A DNA stretch of 64,000 bases. Origin: an uncultured Holophaga sp. (GTDB lineage Bacteria; Acidobacteriota; Holophagae; Holophagales; Holophagaceae). Shown here one piece after another: positions 50,574-60,525 of this stretch (the stretch's first letter is position 1; each line of letters begins with the position of its first letter). A program made the position numbers and the translations under genes. Under the pieces are notes generated by a model, which was not told where the DNA came from, made no database searches, and was given only the letters and a program-made list of their open reading frames with translations. Location: NCBI GenBank assembly GCA_963664825.1, contig OY761614.1:64001-128000 (forward strand), given 5' to 3'.

Positions 50574-52325
50574 TTGAGATCCATCCTCGGATTCGCCCTG
50601 GCGTTGCCCGCCCTGGTGTCCTCCCTGGGGGCCACCGAGACCAAGCCCTCCCCCCAGGATGACGGAATCGAGGCCCTGGCCCGCAAGGCCCTGACCTCCC
50701 AGGACCCGGCCTTCCAGAAGGAAACCCTGCGCCAGCTCCGGGCCCATCGCTTCCGCTCCACCCGGGCACCTCAACGCGAATACGCCCTCTTCGCCCAAGG
50801 GATCCTGGAGGATCGCTTCGAGGATGTCTTCAAGGCCGCCGCGACCCTGCGAAAGCTGGAGAGGGTCTGGCCCAGCTCCGCCTATCTTCCCGAGGCCCAG
50901 ACCATCCTGGGCCAGGAGGCGGTCGAGCGCCGGCGTTTCAAGGAGGCTGAAACCCGGTTAAGGAAGGCCCTCGATGCCGATATCCCGGTGGAAGGCAAGC
51001 GCCGAGCCCAGGAACTGCTGCTGTGGGTCTACGCCGAACAGACCCAGCCCGAGAAGGGGCTCCCCATTCTGGAATCGCTCCATCCCCTGGGCACGGCCAA
51101 ACCTTCCGAGAAGGGCCTGGTGGCCATGACCGAGGTGCTGGCCGCGGCCAAACAGAAGCATCAGGCCGAAGCGGCCCGCAAGGACTACCACACCCTCTAT
51201 CCCAAGGGTTCTTTCGGCCCCAGGGTCGATCTGGCCTGCGGCCGCATGCTTGGCACCCTGGGGGAAGCCAGGGCGAGCGCCGAAGCCCTTAGGCGGATCA
51301 TCCTGGAGACCCCCAATGCCCCGGAGGCCGACGAAGCCCGTCTCGCCCTGGCCTCCCTGCTCAGCGAGGGCAAGCTCAACGCTCGGGAAGCCAAGGCCTT
51401 CCCGGATCCCGATAAGCTCCTCTCGGAAATCCGGAAGGCTGAAAATAAGGGCGACCTGGGCCACAGGGCCCTGCTGGTCAAGCTGCGCATGCAGGTGAAC
51501 GCCTCCCATTGGAAGGAAGCCGTCGATATCGCCACTCAGATCCGCGCTGGGGGCCCCCATGGGGAAGAGGCGGGCGTGGTCACCAAGCTGCGAGCCGATG
51601 CCTTCCGGGCCTGGGCCCAGGAGCTCCTCGACAAGCAACAGATCGACCCCCTGCTCCCCTACCTGGACCGGGAAGGCCTCCAGTCCCTCACCCCTGAACA
51701 GCGCAGCCGTCTGACCCAGCGCCTCTCCCAGGTGGGCCTCACCACCGCCGCCCTCACGGTGATGGAACTGGCTCCCGCCGCCGAAAGGCCGCCCCTGAAG
51801 AAGGGCATCCTGGAGAGGACCTCGGCCGATGTCCATCCAGCCGAGGCCCTGAAGGCGATGCCGGGCCGGGGTGAATCGGGCGCAGTCTCCCTGAAGCGGG
51901 CCCAGGCGGCCCTGGCCATGAAGGACTGGAAGGCCGCCCGGCCTGCCCTGGGCAAGGCCAAACCCGGTGCCGAGCGAATACTGGCGATCACCTCCTTCCT
52001 CCGGCGGCCCTCGGAGGGCCCGGAAAGTGCCCGCCTGCGGGAGGCCGAGGCCTGGCTGGCCCGCAGTCCAGAAAAGGGCGGGGACCGGGAACCCCTGGTC
52101 CTGCTGGTGGCCGATCTCAGGGCCAAGGCCGGGAGCTGGAAGGGCGCCCTGGCCCTCTATCCAGCCCAACCGAGCAAGGAGCAGCGGGGCTGGGTCGCCC
52201 TGATGCGGGCCACCTGCCTCTCGAAACTGGGCCAGCAGGAAGCCGCCAGGACCGCGCTCCAGCAGGCCGCCAATGAACCTGGCTTTCGGATGGAGCGCGA
52301 AAGCCTCGCCCGCCAACTGAAGTAG
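50574..52325 (+). CDS. Exported TPR-repeat protein
   Basis: Signal-like N-terminus after TTG 50574 (GAGGGG RBS); TPR-like helices with YP.. turns. Confidence 0.75.
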   Translation: MRSILGFALALPALVSSLGATETKPSPQDDGIEALARKALTSQDPAFQKETLRQLRAHRFRSTRAPQREYALFAQGILEDRFEDVFKAAATLRKLERVWPSSAYLPEAQTILGQEAVERRRFKEAETRLRKALDADIPVEGKRRAQELLLWVYAEQTQPEKGLPILESLHPLGTAKPSEKGLVAMTEVLAAAKQKHQAEAARKDYHTLYPKGSFGPRVDLACGRMLGTLGEARASAEALRRIILETPNAPEADEARLALASLLSEGKLNAREAKAFPDPDKLLSEIRKAENKGDLGHRALLVKLRMQVNASHWKEAVDIATQIRAGGPHGEEAGVVTKLRADAFRAWAQELLDKQQIDPLLPYLDREGLQSLTPEQRSRLTQRLSQVGLTTAALTVMELAPAAERPPLKKGILERTSADVHPAEALKAMPGRGESGAVSLKRAQAALAMKDWKAARPALGKAKPGAERILAITSFLRRPSEGPESARLREAEAWLARSPEKGGDREPLVLLVADLRAKAGSWKGALALYPAQPSKEQRGWVALMRATCLSKLGQQEAARTALQQAANEPGFRMERESLARQLK

Positions 52326-52339
52326 GCCGCGCTGCTACC

Positions 52340-53257
52340 GTGGAAGGAAGCCTTGGAGGCCGCTTGCCCTTCTCTTTCGCCCATGCCCTTTCCCCCCGGA
52401 GCAAGGGAGTCCTATATGTGGCCACGGCCGCCCTGCTCTGGAGCACCAGCGGCATCTTCATCAAGGCCCTGCCCATGGGGCCCTTCCCCATCGCCCTCTG
52501 GCGATCGCTGATCGCGGCCCTGACCATGCTGGCGGTCATGAAATACCGCCGACAACCCACGGGCATCGGGTTCCAGCCCCTGGATCTCGCCTGCGCCGGA
52601 TGCTACGCCGGCGTGCTGATCACCTTCGTGGTCGCCACCAAGCTCACCACCGCCGCCAACGCCATCTTCCTCCAGTTCTCCGCCCCCATCTACCTGCTCT
52701 TCCTGGAGCCCTGGGCCTTTCACCGCCGCATGCAGAAGCGCGATCTCTGGACCGTGGCGGCCTGTCTGGCGGGCATGGCGCTCTTCTTCGGGGGGCGCAT
52801 GGAACGCGGAGGCATGTTCGGCAACGGGCTGGCGGTCTGCTCCGGGCTCTGCCTGGCGGCCTTCTCCCTCCTGCTCAAATGGAAGCGGGAGCATGAACCC
52901 GGGCGGAACCCCGCCGGGGCCATCGTGCTGGGCAACTTCGCGGTGGCCCTTGTGTGCCTGCCCCTGGCCCTGCCCCTGGTCCGGATTACCCCCGGCCAGG
53001 GGGCGGCCCTGCTCTACCTGGGCATCTTCCAGATCGGCTTCGCCTACCTGATCTTCACGGCGGGCATCCGCTACATCTCGGCCACGGCCGCCATGATCAT
53101 CAGCATGCTGGAGGCGGTCTTCAATCCGGTCTGGGTCTTCCTGGGCGTGGGAGAGCGCCCCAGCCCCTCGGCGCTGGCGGGGGCGGCGGTGATCCTGGGC
53201 GTCATTTTCTGGTACAGCCTCAAGGGGGCCCCGGAGGCTCCGGTGGCCGCGGGCTGA
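52340..53257 (+). CDS. EamA/DMT family transporter
   Basis: About 10 TMs; LWSTSG, LEAVFNPVW and GERPS motifs. Confidence 0.9.
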   Translation: MEGSLGGRLPFSFAHALSPRSKGVLYVATAALLWSTSGIFIKALPMGPFPIALWRSLIAALTMLAVMKYRRQPTGIGFQPLDLACAGCYAGVLITFVVATKLTTAANAIFLQFSAPIYLLFLEPWAFHRRMQKRDLWTVAACLAGMALFFGGRMERGGMFGNGLAVCSGLCLAAFSLLLKWKREHEPGRNPAGAIVLGNFAVALVCLPLALPLVRITPGQGAALLYLGIFQIGFAYLIFTAGIRYISATAAMIISMLEAVFNPVWVFLGVGERPSPSALAGAAVILGVIFWYSLKGAPEAPVAAG

Positions 53258-53485
53258 TCCAGGCAGGACGACCAAAGGCAATCAGGAAGGGGCCTTTGGA
53301 GGCCTGGAGGAAAAGGATCGATTTTCCTGCAATATCCCCCTGGACCCGGCCCTCGGGTGGGACTAGCATGGGGCCCTCCCCCAACACATCTAGGATGAAC
53401 AAGCCCATGCTGGCAAGCCTGTGCCTGCCCATCCCCAGCCCCTGACCCCCGACCCGCCCAGGTGGCGGAATCCAAGGAGATTGAC

Positions 53486-53857
53486 ATGGCCAAGGTCCTC
53501 ATCGTCGATGACGATCCCGATATCGTCGAAGCGAGTCAACTCTTCCTCGAAAAGGCGGGCCACCAGATCGCGACGGCCGGAAGCCGCCGGGAGGGCATGG
53601 AGAAGGTGGAGAGCTTCCAGCCCGATTTGCTGATCCTGGACGTGATGATGGAGCAGCCCGACGACGGCTTCGCCATGGCCCAGGATCTGCGCCGCCTAGG
53701 GAAGCACTTCCCCATCCTCATGCTGACCAGCGTGGCCTCGGCCTCGGGACTAGCCTTCGACAAGGATGCGGAGATGGTCCCCGTGGACGACTTCCAGGCC
53801 AAACCCGTGGAACCCGCCACCCTCGTCCAGAAGGTGGCCGAACTCCTGAAGCGCTAG
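53486..53857 (+). CDS. Single-domain response regulator
   Basis: VLIVDDD, ILDVMM, KPV; AAGGAG RBS; first gene of the hydrogenase cluster. Confidence 0.92.
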   Translation: MAKVLIVDDDPDIVEASQLFLEKAGHQIATAGSRREGMEKVESFQPDLLILDVMMEQPDDGFAMAQDLRRLGKHFPILMLTSVASASGLAFDKDAEMVPVDDFQAKPVEPATLVQKVAELLKR

Positions 53858-53866
53858 GGGGCTCCC

Positions 53867-54388
53867 ATGCTGATGACCGAACGAGACCGCATCACAAGCG
53901 AGATCAAGAGCCTCGCCGACAAGCTGGGCCACAACCGCACCTCCCTGGTGCCCATCCTTCAGGATGTGAAACGCACCTACCACCGCATCGATAGCTTCGC
54001 CATGCAGATCATCGCCGACGAACTGGGCATCCACCCCGTGGAGGTCTACAGCGTGGCCTCCTTTTATGCCTTTCTCGGCCAGCACACCCAGGGCAAGTTC
54101 GTGATCCGCCTCTGCCGCACGATCTCCTGCGATATGCAGGACAAGGACCGAGTCGCCCGCCAGCTGGAGAACGATCTGGGCATCCCCTTCGGCCAGACCA
54201 CGCCGGACGGCAAGTTCACCCTCGAATGGGCCAATTGCATGGGCATGTGCGACCAGGGCCCGGCCCTACTCGTCAATGACAGGGTCTTCACCCGGGTGAC
54301 CCCGGAAAAGGTGCACGAAATCCTCCAGGAGTGCCGCAGCGCCTTCGGCCAGCACGCCACGGAGCGGAAGGAGGTCCATCTCGCATGA
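53867..54388 (+). CDS. hydC: [FeFe]-hydrogenase NuoE-like [2Fe-2S] subunit
   Basis: VASFY, CRTISC and CMGMCDQGP motifs. Confidence 0.9.
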   Translation: MLMTERDRITSEIKSLADKLGHNRTSLVPILQDVKRTYHRIDSFAMQIIADELGIHPVEVYSVASFYAFLGQHTQGKFVIRLCRTISCDMQDKDRVARQLENDLGIPFGQTTPDGKFTLEWANCMGMCDQGPALLVNDRVFTRVTPEKVHEILQECRSAFGQHATERKEVHLA

Positions 54389-55566
54389 ACAGCATCCCGA
54401 CTTTCTCTTCCATGCAGCCCGAGGCGGGCCTTCACAAGGCCCTCGCCATGCCCAGGCCCGATATCATCGCCGAGATCAGCGCCTCGGGGCTCAAGGGCCG
54501 GGGCGGCGCGGGCTTTCCCACCGGCGTGAAGTGGAATTTCGCGGCCTCCGCCAAGGCCGACCGGAAATACATCATTTGCAACGCCGATGAGGGGGAACCC
54601 GGCACCTTCAAGGACCGGGTGATCCTCCAGGAATACGCCGATCTCGTCTTCGAGGGCATGACGCTAGCGGGCAAAGCCATCGGCGCCAAGGAGGGCATCC
54701 TCTTCCTGAGGGGCGAATACACCTACCTGAAGCCCCAGCTCGAGGAAACCCTCCAGCGCCGCCGGGCACAGAACCTCCTGGGCAAGAACGTGCTCGGCGC
54801 AGATATCGCCTTCGATATCCGCATCTTCATGGGGGCCGGGGCCTATATCTGCGGTGAGGAGACCGCGCTCATCGAATGCCTGGAGGGCTTCCGCGGCGAG
54901 CCCAGGAACCGCCCCCCCTTCCCGGTCAACACCGGTTTCCTGGATCGGCCATCCATTGTCAATAACGTGGAGACCCTCGCCTGGGCCGCCTGCATCCTCC
55001 AGCAGGGTGCCGACTGGTTCAAGAGCAAGGGCACCGAACGCTCCACGGGCATCAAGATATTCAGCGTCTCCGGGGACTGCAAGCGCCCGGGCGTCTACGA
55101 ATTTCCCTTAGGGATTTCCGTGGCCCAACTCCTCAAGCATGTGGGCGGCGAAAACGCCCGGGCCGTACAGATCGGCGGAGCCGCGGGCCAGTGCATCCCG
55201 GCCTCCGAATTCAAGCGGAGCATCGCCTTCGAGGACATTCCCACAGGCGGTTCCATCATCGTCTTCGGCCCCCAGCGGGACATGCTCGACGTGCTCCAGA
55301 ACTTCCTGGAATTCTTCACCGACGAAAGCTGCGGCCAGTGCACACCCTGCCGCCTGGGCAACCGCAAGCTCCTGGAAGGCGTCCAAATGCTGAAGGCCGG
55401 CAGCTGTTCCATGGCCTACCTGCAGGAGCTCTGCGCGCTTGGGGAGACCATGCAGTTGGCCTCCAAGTGCGGCCTGGGCCAGAGCAGCCCCAGCGCCTTC
55501 CTCTCGGTGGTGAAACATTTCCGGGACGAACTCATGGGCCGCACCAGCCCCCTCACCCACGCCTAG
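54385..55566 (+). CDS. hydB: [FeFe]-hydrogenase NuoF-like NAD(H)/FMN subunit, short form
   Basis: GRGGAGFP, NADEGEPGTFKDR, GAYICGEET, ESCGQCTPCR and CGLG motifs. Confidence 0.9.
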   Translation: MNSIPTFSSMQPEAGLHKALAMPRPDIIAEISASGLKGRGGAGFPTGVKWNFAASAKADRKYIICNADEGEPGTFKDRVILQEYADLVFEGMTLAGKAIGAKEGILFLRGEYTYLKPQLEETLQRRRAQNLLGKNVLGADIAFDIRIFMGAGAYICGEETALIECLEGFRGEPRNRPPFPVNTGFLDRPSIVNNVETLAWAACILQQGADWFKSKGTERSTGIKIFSVSGDCKRPGVYEFPLGISVAQLLKHVGGENARAVQIGGAAGQCIPASEFKRSIAFEDIPTGGSIIVFGPQRDMLDVLQNFLEFFTDESCGQCTPCRLGNRKLLEGVQMLKAGSCSMAYLQELCALGETMQLASKCGLGQSSPSAFLSVVKHFRDELMGRTSPLTHA

Positions 55567-55581
55567 AGCCGAGGAGCCCCC

Positions 55582-57507
55582 ATGACCGAGTCCAGCCCCC
55601 TCGAAACCGCTCGCCGCAGCCCGGCCAGCCAGCAGTCCCAGACCATCCCGCCCCCGGCCAATGCTCAGGCCATCGGCGGCCAGGTGACCCTCAGCATCGA
55701 CGGACAAGAGGTGAAGGTCCCCCTGGGCACCACCATCCTGGAGGCCGCCCGCAGGATCGGCGCCCATATCCCCACCCTCTGCCACCACCCGGATCTCTGC
55801 GTGGCCGGCGTCTGCCGGGTCTGCTCGGTGGAAGTGGAGGGAATGCGCACACTCCAAGCCGCCTGCGCCTTCCCCGTGACCTCCCCCATCAAGGTCAGGA
55901 CCCACACGGAAAAGGTCCGCCTGGCGCGCCGCCACATCATCGATCTCCTGCTCTCCGACCACTGCGGCGAGTGCTACGCCTGCCATCGCAACAACAATTG
56001 CGAGCTGCAGAGCCTGGCCATGGAACACGGCGTGGATTTCTTCCGCTTCGGCCATCCCGAGAAGCCCACTCACCCCATCGATAGCTCCAGCTACTCGGTG
56101 GTGCGCGATCTCAACAAGTGCGTGCTCTGCCGTCGCTGCGTAAGGACCTGCATCGATCTCCAGGAGGTGGGCACCATCGAAGTGGTGGGCCGCGGCGACG
56201 GCAGCCACATCCGGCCCTTCCTGGACAAGCCCCTGGGAGAAGTGGTCTGCATCAACTGCGGCCAGTGCATCAATCGTTGCCCCACGGGAGCCCTGCATGC
56301 CCAGGACTACACCGACGAAGTATGGGCCGCCATCGATGACCCCAGGAAGCACGTGGTCATCCAGACCGCTCCGAGCCCGCGAGCGGCCATCGGCGAATGC
56401 TTCGGATTGCCCGCAGGAAGGGCCCTCACCTTCGAGCTCAACACGGCCCTGCGCCGCTGCGGCTTCGACCGGGTCTTCGATACTAATTTCTCGGCAGACC
56501 TCACCATCATGGAAGAGGGCACGGAGCTGCTCCTGCGGCTCAAGAGCGCCCTGCTGCTTCGGGAGCCCACGGCCTTCCCCCAATTCACCAGTTGCAGCCC
56601 GGGTTGGGTGAAGTATCTGGAGCACTTCTACCCCGAATACATCCCCAATCTCAGCACGGCCAAGAGCCCCCAGCAGATGTTCGGCGCGGTCATCAAGACC
56701 TGGTACGCCCAGCAGCACGGCCTCGACCCCAAGGATATCGTCACCGTGGCCCTCATGCCTTGCTCGGCCAAGAAGTTCGAATGCAATCGCCCAGAGATGG
56801 ACGACAGCGGCTTCAAGGATGTGGACTACGGCCTCACCACCCGGGAACTGGCCAAGATGATCCGGGAATCGGGCATCCATCTGCCGGATATGCCCAAATC
56901 CGATTTCGATACCCCCTTCGGCACGGCCACGGGTTCGGGCGTGATCTTCGGGGCCACCGGGGGCGTGATGGAGGCCGCGCTCCGCACCGTCATCGAGTTG
57001 GTCTGCGGCATCAAGGTGGAGGATCTCTTCGAACACGCCAATATCAAGCCCCTCCGCGGCTTCGAGGGCGTCCGCTACGTGGAGCTGCCCATCAAGGCCG
57101 TGGGCCCGGTGCCTGCGACGCTGGCCCATCTGTTCCCCCACTGGAATTTTCTGAAGGGCCAGACCCTCAGGGTTGCCGTCGCCCACGGCACGGCCAACGC
57201 CAAGAAGGTCATGGAGGATATCAAGAGGGGCGGGCAGTTCAGCAAGTGCCACTTCATCGAATTCATGGGATGCCCCGGGGGGTGCATCGGCGGGGGCGGA
57301 CAGCCCATCCCCACCAGCCCCGAGATCCGCGCCGCCCGTGCCGCGGCCATCTATGCCGAGGACGCGGCCTACACCGTGCGGAAGTCTCACGAGAACCCTG
57401 ATGTGGCCCGGATCTACAGCGAGTTCCTCACGGAAGGCCCTTGCGGGCAGAGGAGCCACGAGCTTCTGCACACGCACTACACGGCCCGAGGGAAGTACAT
57501 CGATTGA
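55582..57507 (+). CDS. hydA: [FeFe]-hydrogenase catalytic subunit, group A
   Basis: H-cluster motifs FTSCSPGW, MPCSAKKFE and EFMGCPGGCIGGGGQP; N-terminal 2Fe-2S, His-ligated and 2x4Fe-4S domains. Confidence 0.95.
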   Translation: MTESSPLETARRSPASQQSQTIPPPANAQAIGGQVTLSIDGQEVKVPLGTTILEAARRIGAHIPTLCHHPDLCVAGVCRVCSVEVEGMRTLQAACAFPVTSPIKVRTHTEKVRLARRHIIDLLLSDHCGECYACHRNNNCELQSLAMEHGVDFFRFGHPEKPTHPIDSSSYSVVRDLNKCVLCRRCVRTCIDLQEVGTIEVVGRGDGSHIRPFLDKPLGEVVCINCGQCINRCPTGALHAQDYTDEVWAAIDDPRKHVVIQTAPSPRAAIGECFGLPAGRALTFELNTALRRCGFDRVFDTNFSADLTIMEEGTELLLRLKSALLLREPTAFPQFTSCSPGWVKYLEHFYPEYIPNLSTAKSPQQMFGAVIKTWYAQQHGLDPKDIVTVALMPCSAKKFECNRPEMDDSGFKDVDYGLTTRELAKMIRESGIHLPDMPKSDFDTPFGTATGSGVIFGATGGVMEAALRTVIELVCGIKVEDLFEHANIKPLRGFEGVRYVELPIKAVGPVPATLAHLFPHWNFLKGQTLRVAVAHGTANAKKVMEDIKRGGQFSKCHFIEFMGCPGGCIGGGGQPIPTSPEIRAARAAAIYAEDAAYTVRKSHENPDVARIYSEFLTEGPCGQRSHELLHTHYTARGKYID

Positions 57508-57523
57508 TTTTTGCCGACTTCCG

Positions 57524-57558
57524 ACAAATCGCACGCGCCAGGGGCTCGTGCGATTTGT
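57524..57558. terminator. Hairpin downstream of hydA
   Basis: Perfect 12-bp stem acaaatcgcacg / cgtgcgatttgt. Confidence 0.5.
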
Positions 57559-57591
57559 AATGATAAGAAGGCATCCATCCCAGGCCTCCCC

Positions 57592-58896
57592 ATGGTCGAA
57601 CTGAATCCAAACCTCCACTTCCTGAGCACCTTCGAAGGCGCCGAGGAGGAGCGCTTCCCGGTCGACGAGCAGGCCATTCTCGATCACGTCAACGACAAGG
57701 TGGCCGCCAAGGCATCTTTAAGTGAACTGATGGAATTCCTCTTCGGCGCCGTGCAGGAGCTCTACCCCTGCGACCGCATCGGCCTGGCCTTCCTGGATGA
57801 CGAGGGCCGTCGCATCGTCTCCCATTGGACGAAGGCCCTCTACGAGCCCCTACTCCTGACGCCGGGCTACGGCGAGGATCTGGCCCACAGCTCCCTGCGC
57901 ACGGTCATCGGTTCGGCCTGCGCCCGGATCATCTACGATCTGGAGCGCTACGAAGAGGAGCATCCCATGAGCGCCTCCACGCGCCTCCTGGTGCGCGAGG
58001 GTGTGCGCAGCAGCATGACCTGCCCCCTCATGGTCGAAGACCGGGTGCTGGGCGTGCTCTTCCTCAGCGCCCGGGAGCCCAAGGTCTACACGCCCTATCA
58101 CGCGCGACTCTGGCGGGCCCTGGCCGAGCGCATCAGCCAGGCGGTGGAGAAGGCCTGGCGCATCGAACAGCTCACGGCCGCCAACCAGGCCTACAACGAA
58201 GTGCTGGCCTTCGTCAGCCACGAGCTGAAGAACCCCGTGGCCTCCATGATGACCGACGCCCGGGTGCTCGTGGACGGCTACCTGGGGGAACTGGAGCTCC
58301 GGCAGAGCCAGAAGCTGGAGCGCCTCATCAAGAAGGGCGGCTACCTGCTGGACCTCATCGGGGAATACCTGGATCTGGCCCGCATGGAGGGCGGCAGCCT
58401 CCGCCTGAACGCCGCCGAGATTTCCCTGGTGGAAGAGGTGCTGGAGCCCTCCTTCGAGATCATCCAGCCCCAGTTCCAGGACCGCCACATGCGCCTCGAA
58501 CGCCAGTATCCCGAGCGCCCAGGGCCCGTCGTCTGCGATCCCTCCCTGTTGAAGATCGTGCTGGTGAACCTGCTGGGCAACGCGGTGAAATACGGCCAGG
58601 AAGGCGGCCTCATCCGCCTGCGCTACGAGCGCCTTCCCGACCACTTCAGGGTTTCGGTCTGGAACGAGGGGCCGGGCTTCGCTTCAGAAGAACGCCCGCG
58701 CCTCTTCCGTAAGTTCAGCCGCCTCCAGAGCCCCGAACTCAAGGCCCGCAAGGGCACGGGCGTGGGGCTCTACACCTCCTGGCGCATCGCCCATCTCCAC
58801 GGAGGCCGCATGGACGCCACCTCCAAGCAGGGGGCCTGGGCGGAATTCAGCCTGGAGATCCCCCAGCCCCTGCCGGAGACTCCGCAGGGAGAGTGA
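57592..58896 (+). CDS. Cytoplasmic GAF-domain sensor histidine kinase
   Basis: GAF (SSMTCPL...LGVL), SHELKNP, NAVKY and GTGVGL motifs. Confidence 0.9.
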   Translation: MVELNPNLHFLSTFEGAEEERFPVDEQAILDHVNDKVAAKASLSELMEFLFGAVQELYPCDRIGLAFLDDEGRRIVSHWTKALYEPLLLTPGYGEDLAHSSLRTVIGSACARIIYDLERYEEEHPMSASTRLLVREGVRSSMTCPLMVEDRVLGVLFLSAREPKVYTPYHARLWRALAERISQAVEKAWRIEQLTAANQAYNEVLAFVSHELKNPVASMMTDARVLVDGYLGELELRQSQKLERLIKKGGYLLDLIGEYLDLARMEGGSLRLNAAEISLVEEVLEPSFEIIQPQFQDRHMRLERQYPERPGPVVCDPSLLKIVLVNLLGNAVKYGQEGGLIRLRYERLPDHFRVSVWNEGPGFASEERPRLFRKFSRLQSPELKARKGTGVGLYTSWRIAHLHGGRMDATSKQGAWAEFSLEIPQPLPETPQGE

Positions 58897-58903
58897 TGAG
58901 GGC

Positions 58904-59140
58904 TCAGGCGCCGGGATGGGCCAGAGCCTTGAGCGCCATCAGCACACCGAATACCGTCGACCAGATGGCGCAGACCAGATAACCCGAAAAAGTCACCCAA
59001 TACATGATGGGGTCGCTATCGCGGCGATAGATGCGAGAACTGAAGCCCCATCCCCGTCCCTTGATCTCCGCTGTGGATATGGCCTGGATGATCAGCCACA
59101 GGAAGATCATTCCAAGGATGAGAAAGAAGGCTGGGACCAT
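58904..59140 (-). CDS. Small two-TM hypothetical protein
   Basis: 78 aa with AGGAG RBS; YRRDSDPIMYW between the TM segments. Confidence 0.65.
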   Translation of the reverse strand: MVPAFFLILGMIFLWLIIQAISTAEIKGRGWGFSSRIYRRDSDPIMYWVTFSGYLVCAIWSTVFGVLMALKALAHPGA

Positions 59141-59191
59141 GGATGCTCCTACTGTTTTCCCGAGGGGCGTTGGAAGCAGGATCCTCCGCGT

Positions 59192-59581
59192 CTATCGCGT
59201 GATCACGGGATCGATGGGAGTCTCCGAGAGGAGCTTGACGGCCTTTTCCTCTTCGAGATAGGCCGGTGTCGTCCTTTGGTTGGCCACCCATTTCAGGGTC
59301 TGCTTGGCAATGACCCCGGCATCGTCATCCTTCCGGGCGAGGGCTTCGGCCTTGAGTGCATGGATGGCCAGCTGGTGGTTCAGATTGAGCTTGGCTTTCT
59401 CGAGATCGGATCGGTTCAGCAGATCCATTTGTTCGCTGATGAAGAGCGTCGTCCCGTAGTTGCCGATGGATTCGCGTTTCCGTGCCTCTTTGCCGGAGCT
59501 GCTTTGGACGATCCACGCCCCCAGGATTCCGCCCACGAGCAGGGCAGCGATCGCGACAAGGACTGTTTTGGTGGGTGTCAT
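59192..59581 (-). CDS. Hypothetical protein with N-terminal TM segment
   Basis: 129-aa ORF with GAGG RBS. Confidence 0.6.
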   Translation of the reverse strand: MTPTKTVLVAIAALLVGGILGAWIVQSSSGKEARKRESIGNYGTTLFISEQMDLLNRSDLEKAKLNLNHQLAIHALKAEALARKDDDAGVIAKQTLKWVANQRTTPAYLEEEKAVKLLSETPIDPVITR

Positions 59582-59633
59582 CGTGCGCCTCGGGAGAAAA
59601 GGGACCGGCAGGCCGGGAGTGAGAATCCGCCCC

Positions 59634-60509
59634 CTACCGCGTGCTCCAGTGCAGCTTCTGCTGGAGGACGCGAAAGAACGGCAGGGCGGGGTTCTGAAGC
59701 AGGATCAGGTCCGAGTCGGCCTTCCGCAGTTCCACCCGGTCCCCGGGCTGCAGGGGGTATTCGATCTGGCCATCCAGGGTGAGGTGGGCGTCTTCGGTGG
59801 CCCCGACGGTGATATTGACGTTCAGGGCACTGGGCACGACGGTGGGACGCAGGGTCAGGCTATGGGGGCAGATGGGGGAGATGACCCAGGCATCCAGGAG
59901 GGGATGGAGGATGGGGCCACCGGCGGAGAGGGAATAGGCCGTGGAACCCGTGGGGGTGGCGACGATGAGCCCATCGGCCTTGAGGGTGGCGGCATCGAAG
60001 CCATCGATCTGGAGGTGGAACTCCATGATCCGGGCCAGGGAGCCCTTGCTGAGCACGGCGTCGTTGAGCACGCACTGCCTGCCCACGACTTCCCCATGGC
60101 GGAGCAGCTCGGCCTTGAGCATGCTGCGGGTCTCCGGGACCAGGCCACCCTCGAAGTAGAGGCGCACGATTTCGGAGGCCTCTTCCACAGGGTGGGCGGT
60201 GAGGAATCCCAGGGAGCCCAGGTTGATGCCCAGGATGGGGGTGCCCCGTCCACTCATCTGCCGAGCGGCGCCCAGGAGCGTGCCATCGCCTCCCAGGACC
60301 AGGCACAGATCCGGGGCCTCTGCCCCGCCGAAGGTGGCGTCGACCTGGAAGCCCTCGACGGGAAGGCCCGCCTGCTGCCAGGCGGGCAGGATCCCGCCAT
60401 GGCCCAGGATCCTCCAACCCCGGTCCAGGAAGGAGGGCATCACCTCCCGGAGGGTAGAGGCGAGGCGTTCGGATTTGGTCTTGGCAACCAGAGCCAGGGT
60501 GGAGGACAT
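59634..60509 (-). CDS. nadK: NAD(+) kinase
   Basis: LGGDGT, GINLGSLGFL, DGLIVATPTGSTAYSLSAGGP motifs. Confidence 0.96.
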   Translation of the reverse strand: MSSTLALVAKTKSERLASTLREVMPSFLDRGWRILGHGGILPAWQQAGLPVEGFQVDATFGGAEAPDLCLVLGGDGTLLGAARQMSGRGTPILGINLGSLGFLTAHPVEEASEIVRLYFEGGLVPETRSMLKAELLRHGEVVGRQCVLNDAVLSKGSLARIMEFHLQIDGFDAATLKADGLIVATPTGSTAYSLSAGGPILHPLLDAWVISPICPHSLTLRPTVVPSALNVNITVGATEDAHLTLDGQIEYPLQPGDRVELRKADSDLILLQNPALPFFRVLQQKLHWSTR

Positions 60510-60515
60510 CACCCT

Positions 60516-60525
60516 AGGTTAACCT
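60516..60525. promoter_or_regulatory. Palindromic bidirectional -10-like element AGGTTAACCT
   Basis: Reads TAACCT on both strands, 6 nt before the nadK ATG and 7 nt before the PBP1A ATG. Confidence 0.55.

Noticed and set aside
53410..53426. Sigma54 promoter upstream of the hydrogenase cluster (tggcaagcctgtgc)
   Set aside because: GG to GC spacing is 9 nt rather than the required 10
56587..56607. TSCSPGW instead of TSCCPGW as a sign of inactive HydA
   Set aside because: This variant of the first H-cluster motif is known among multimeric group A enzymes; the other motifs are intact
55108..57687. Long antisense or alternate-frame ORFs (e.g. 859 aa opposite hydA; also 9970-11499, 7410-9266, 41320-42981, 19565-21274)
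   Set aside because: Shadow ORFs typical of high-GC coding DNA; they overlap well-supported genes and show no motifs
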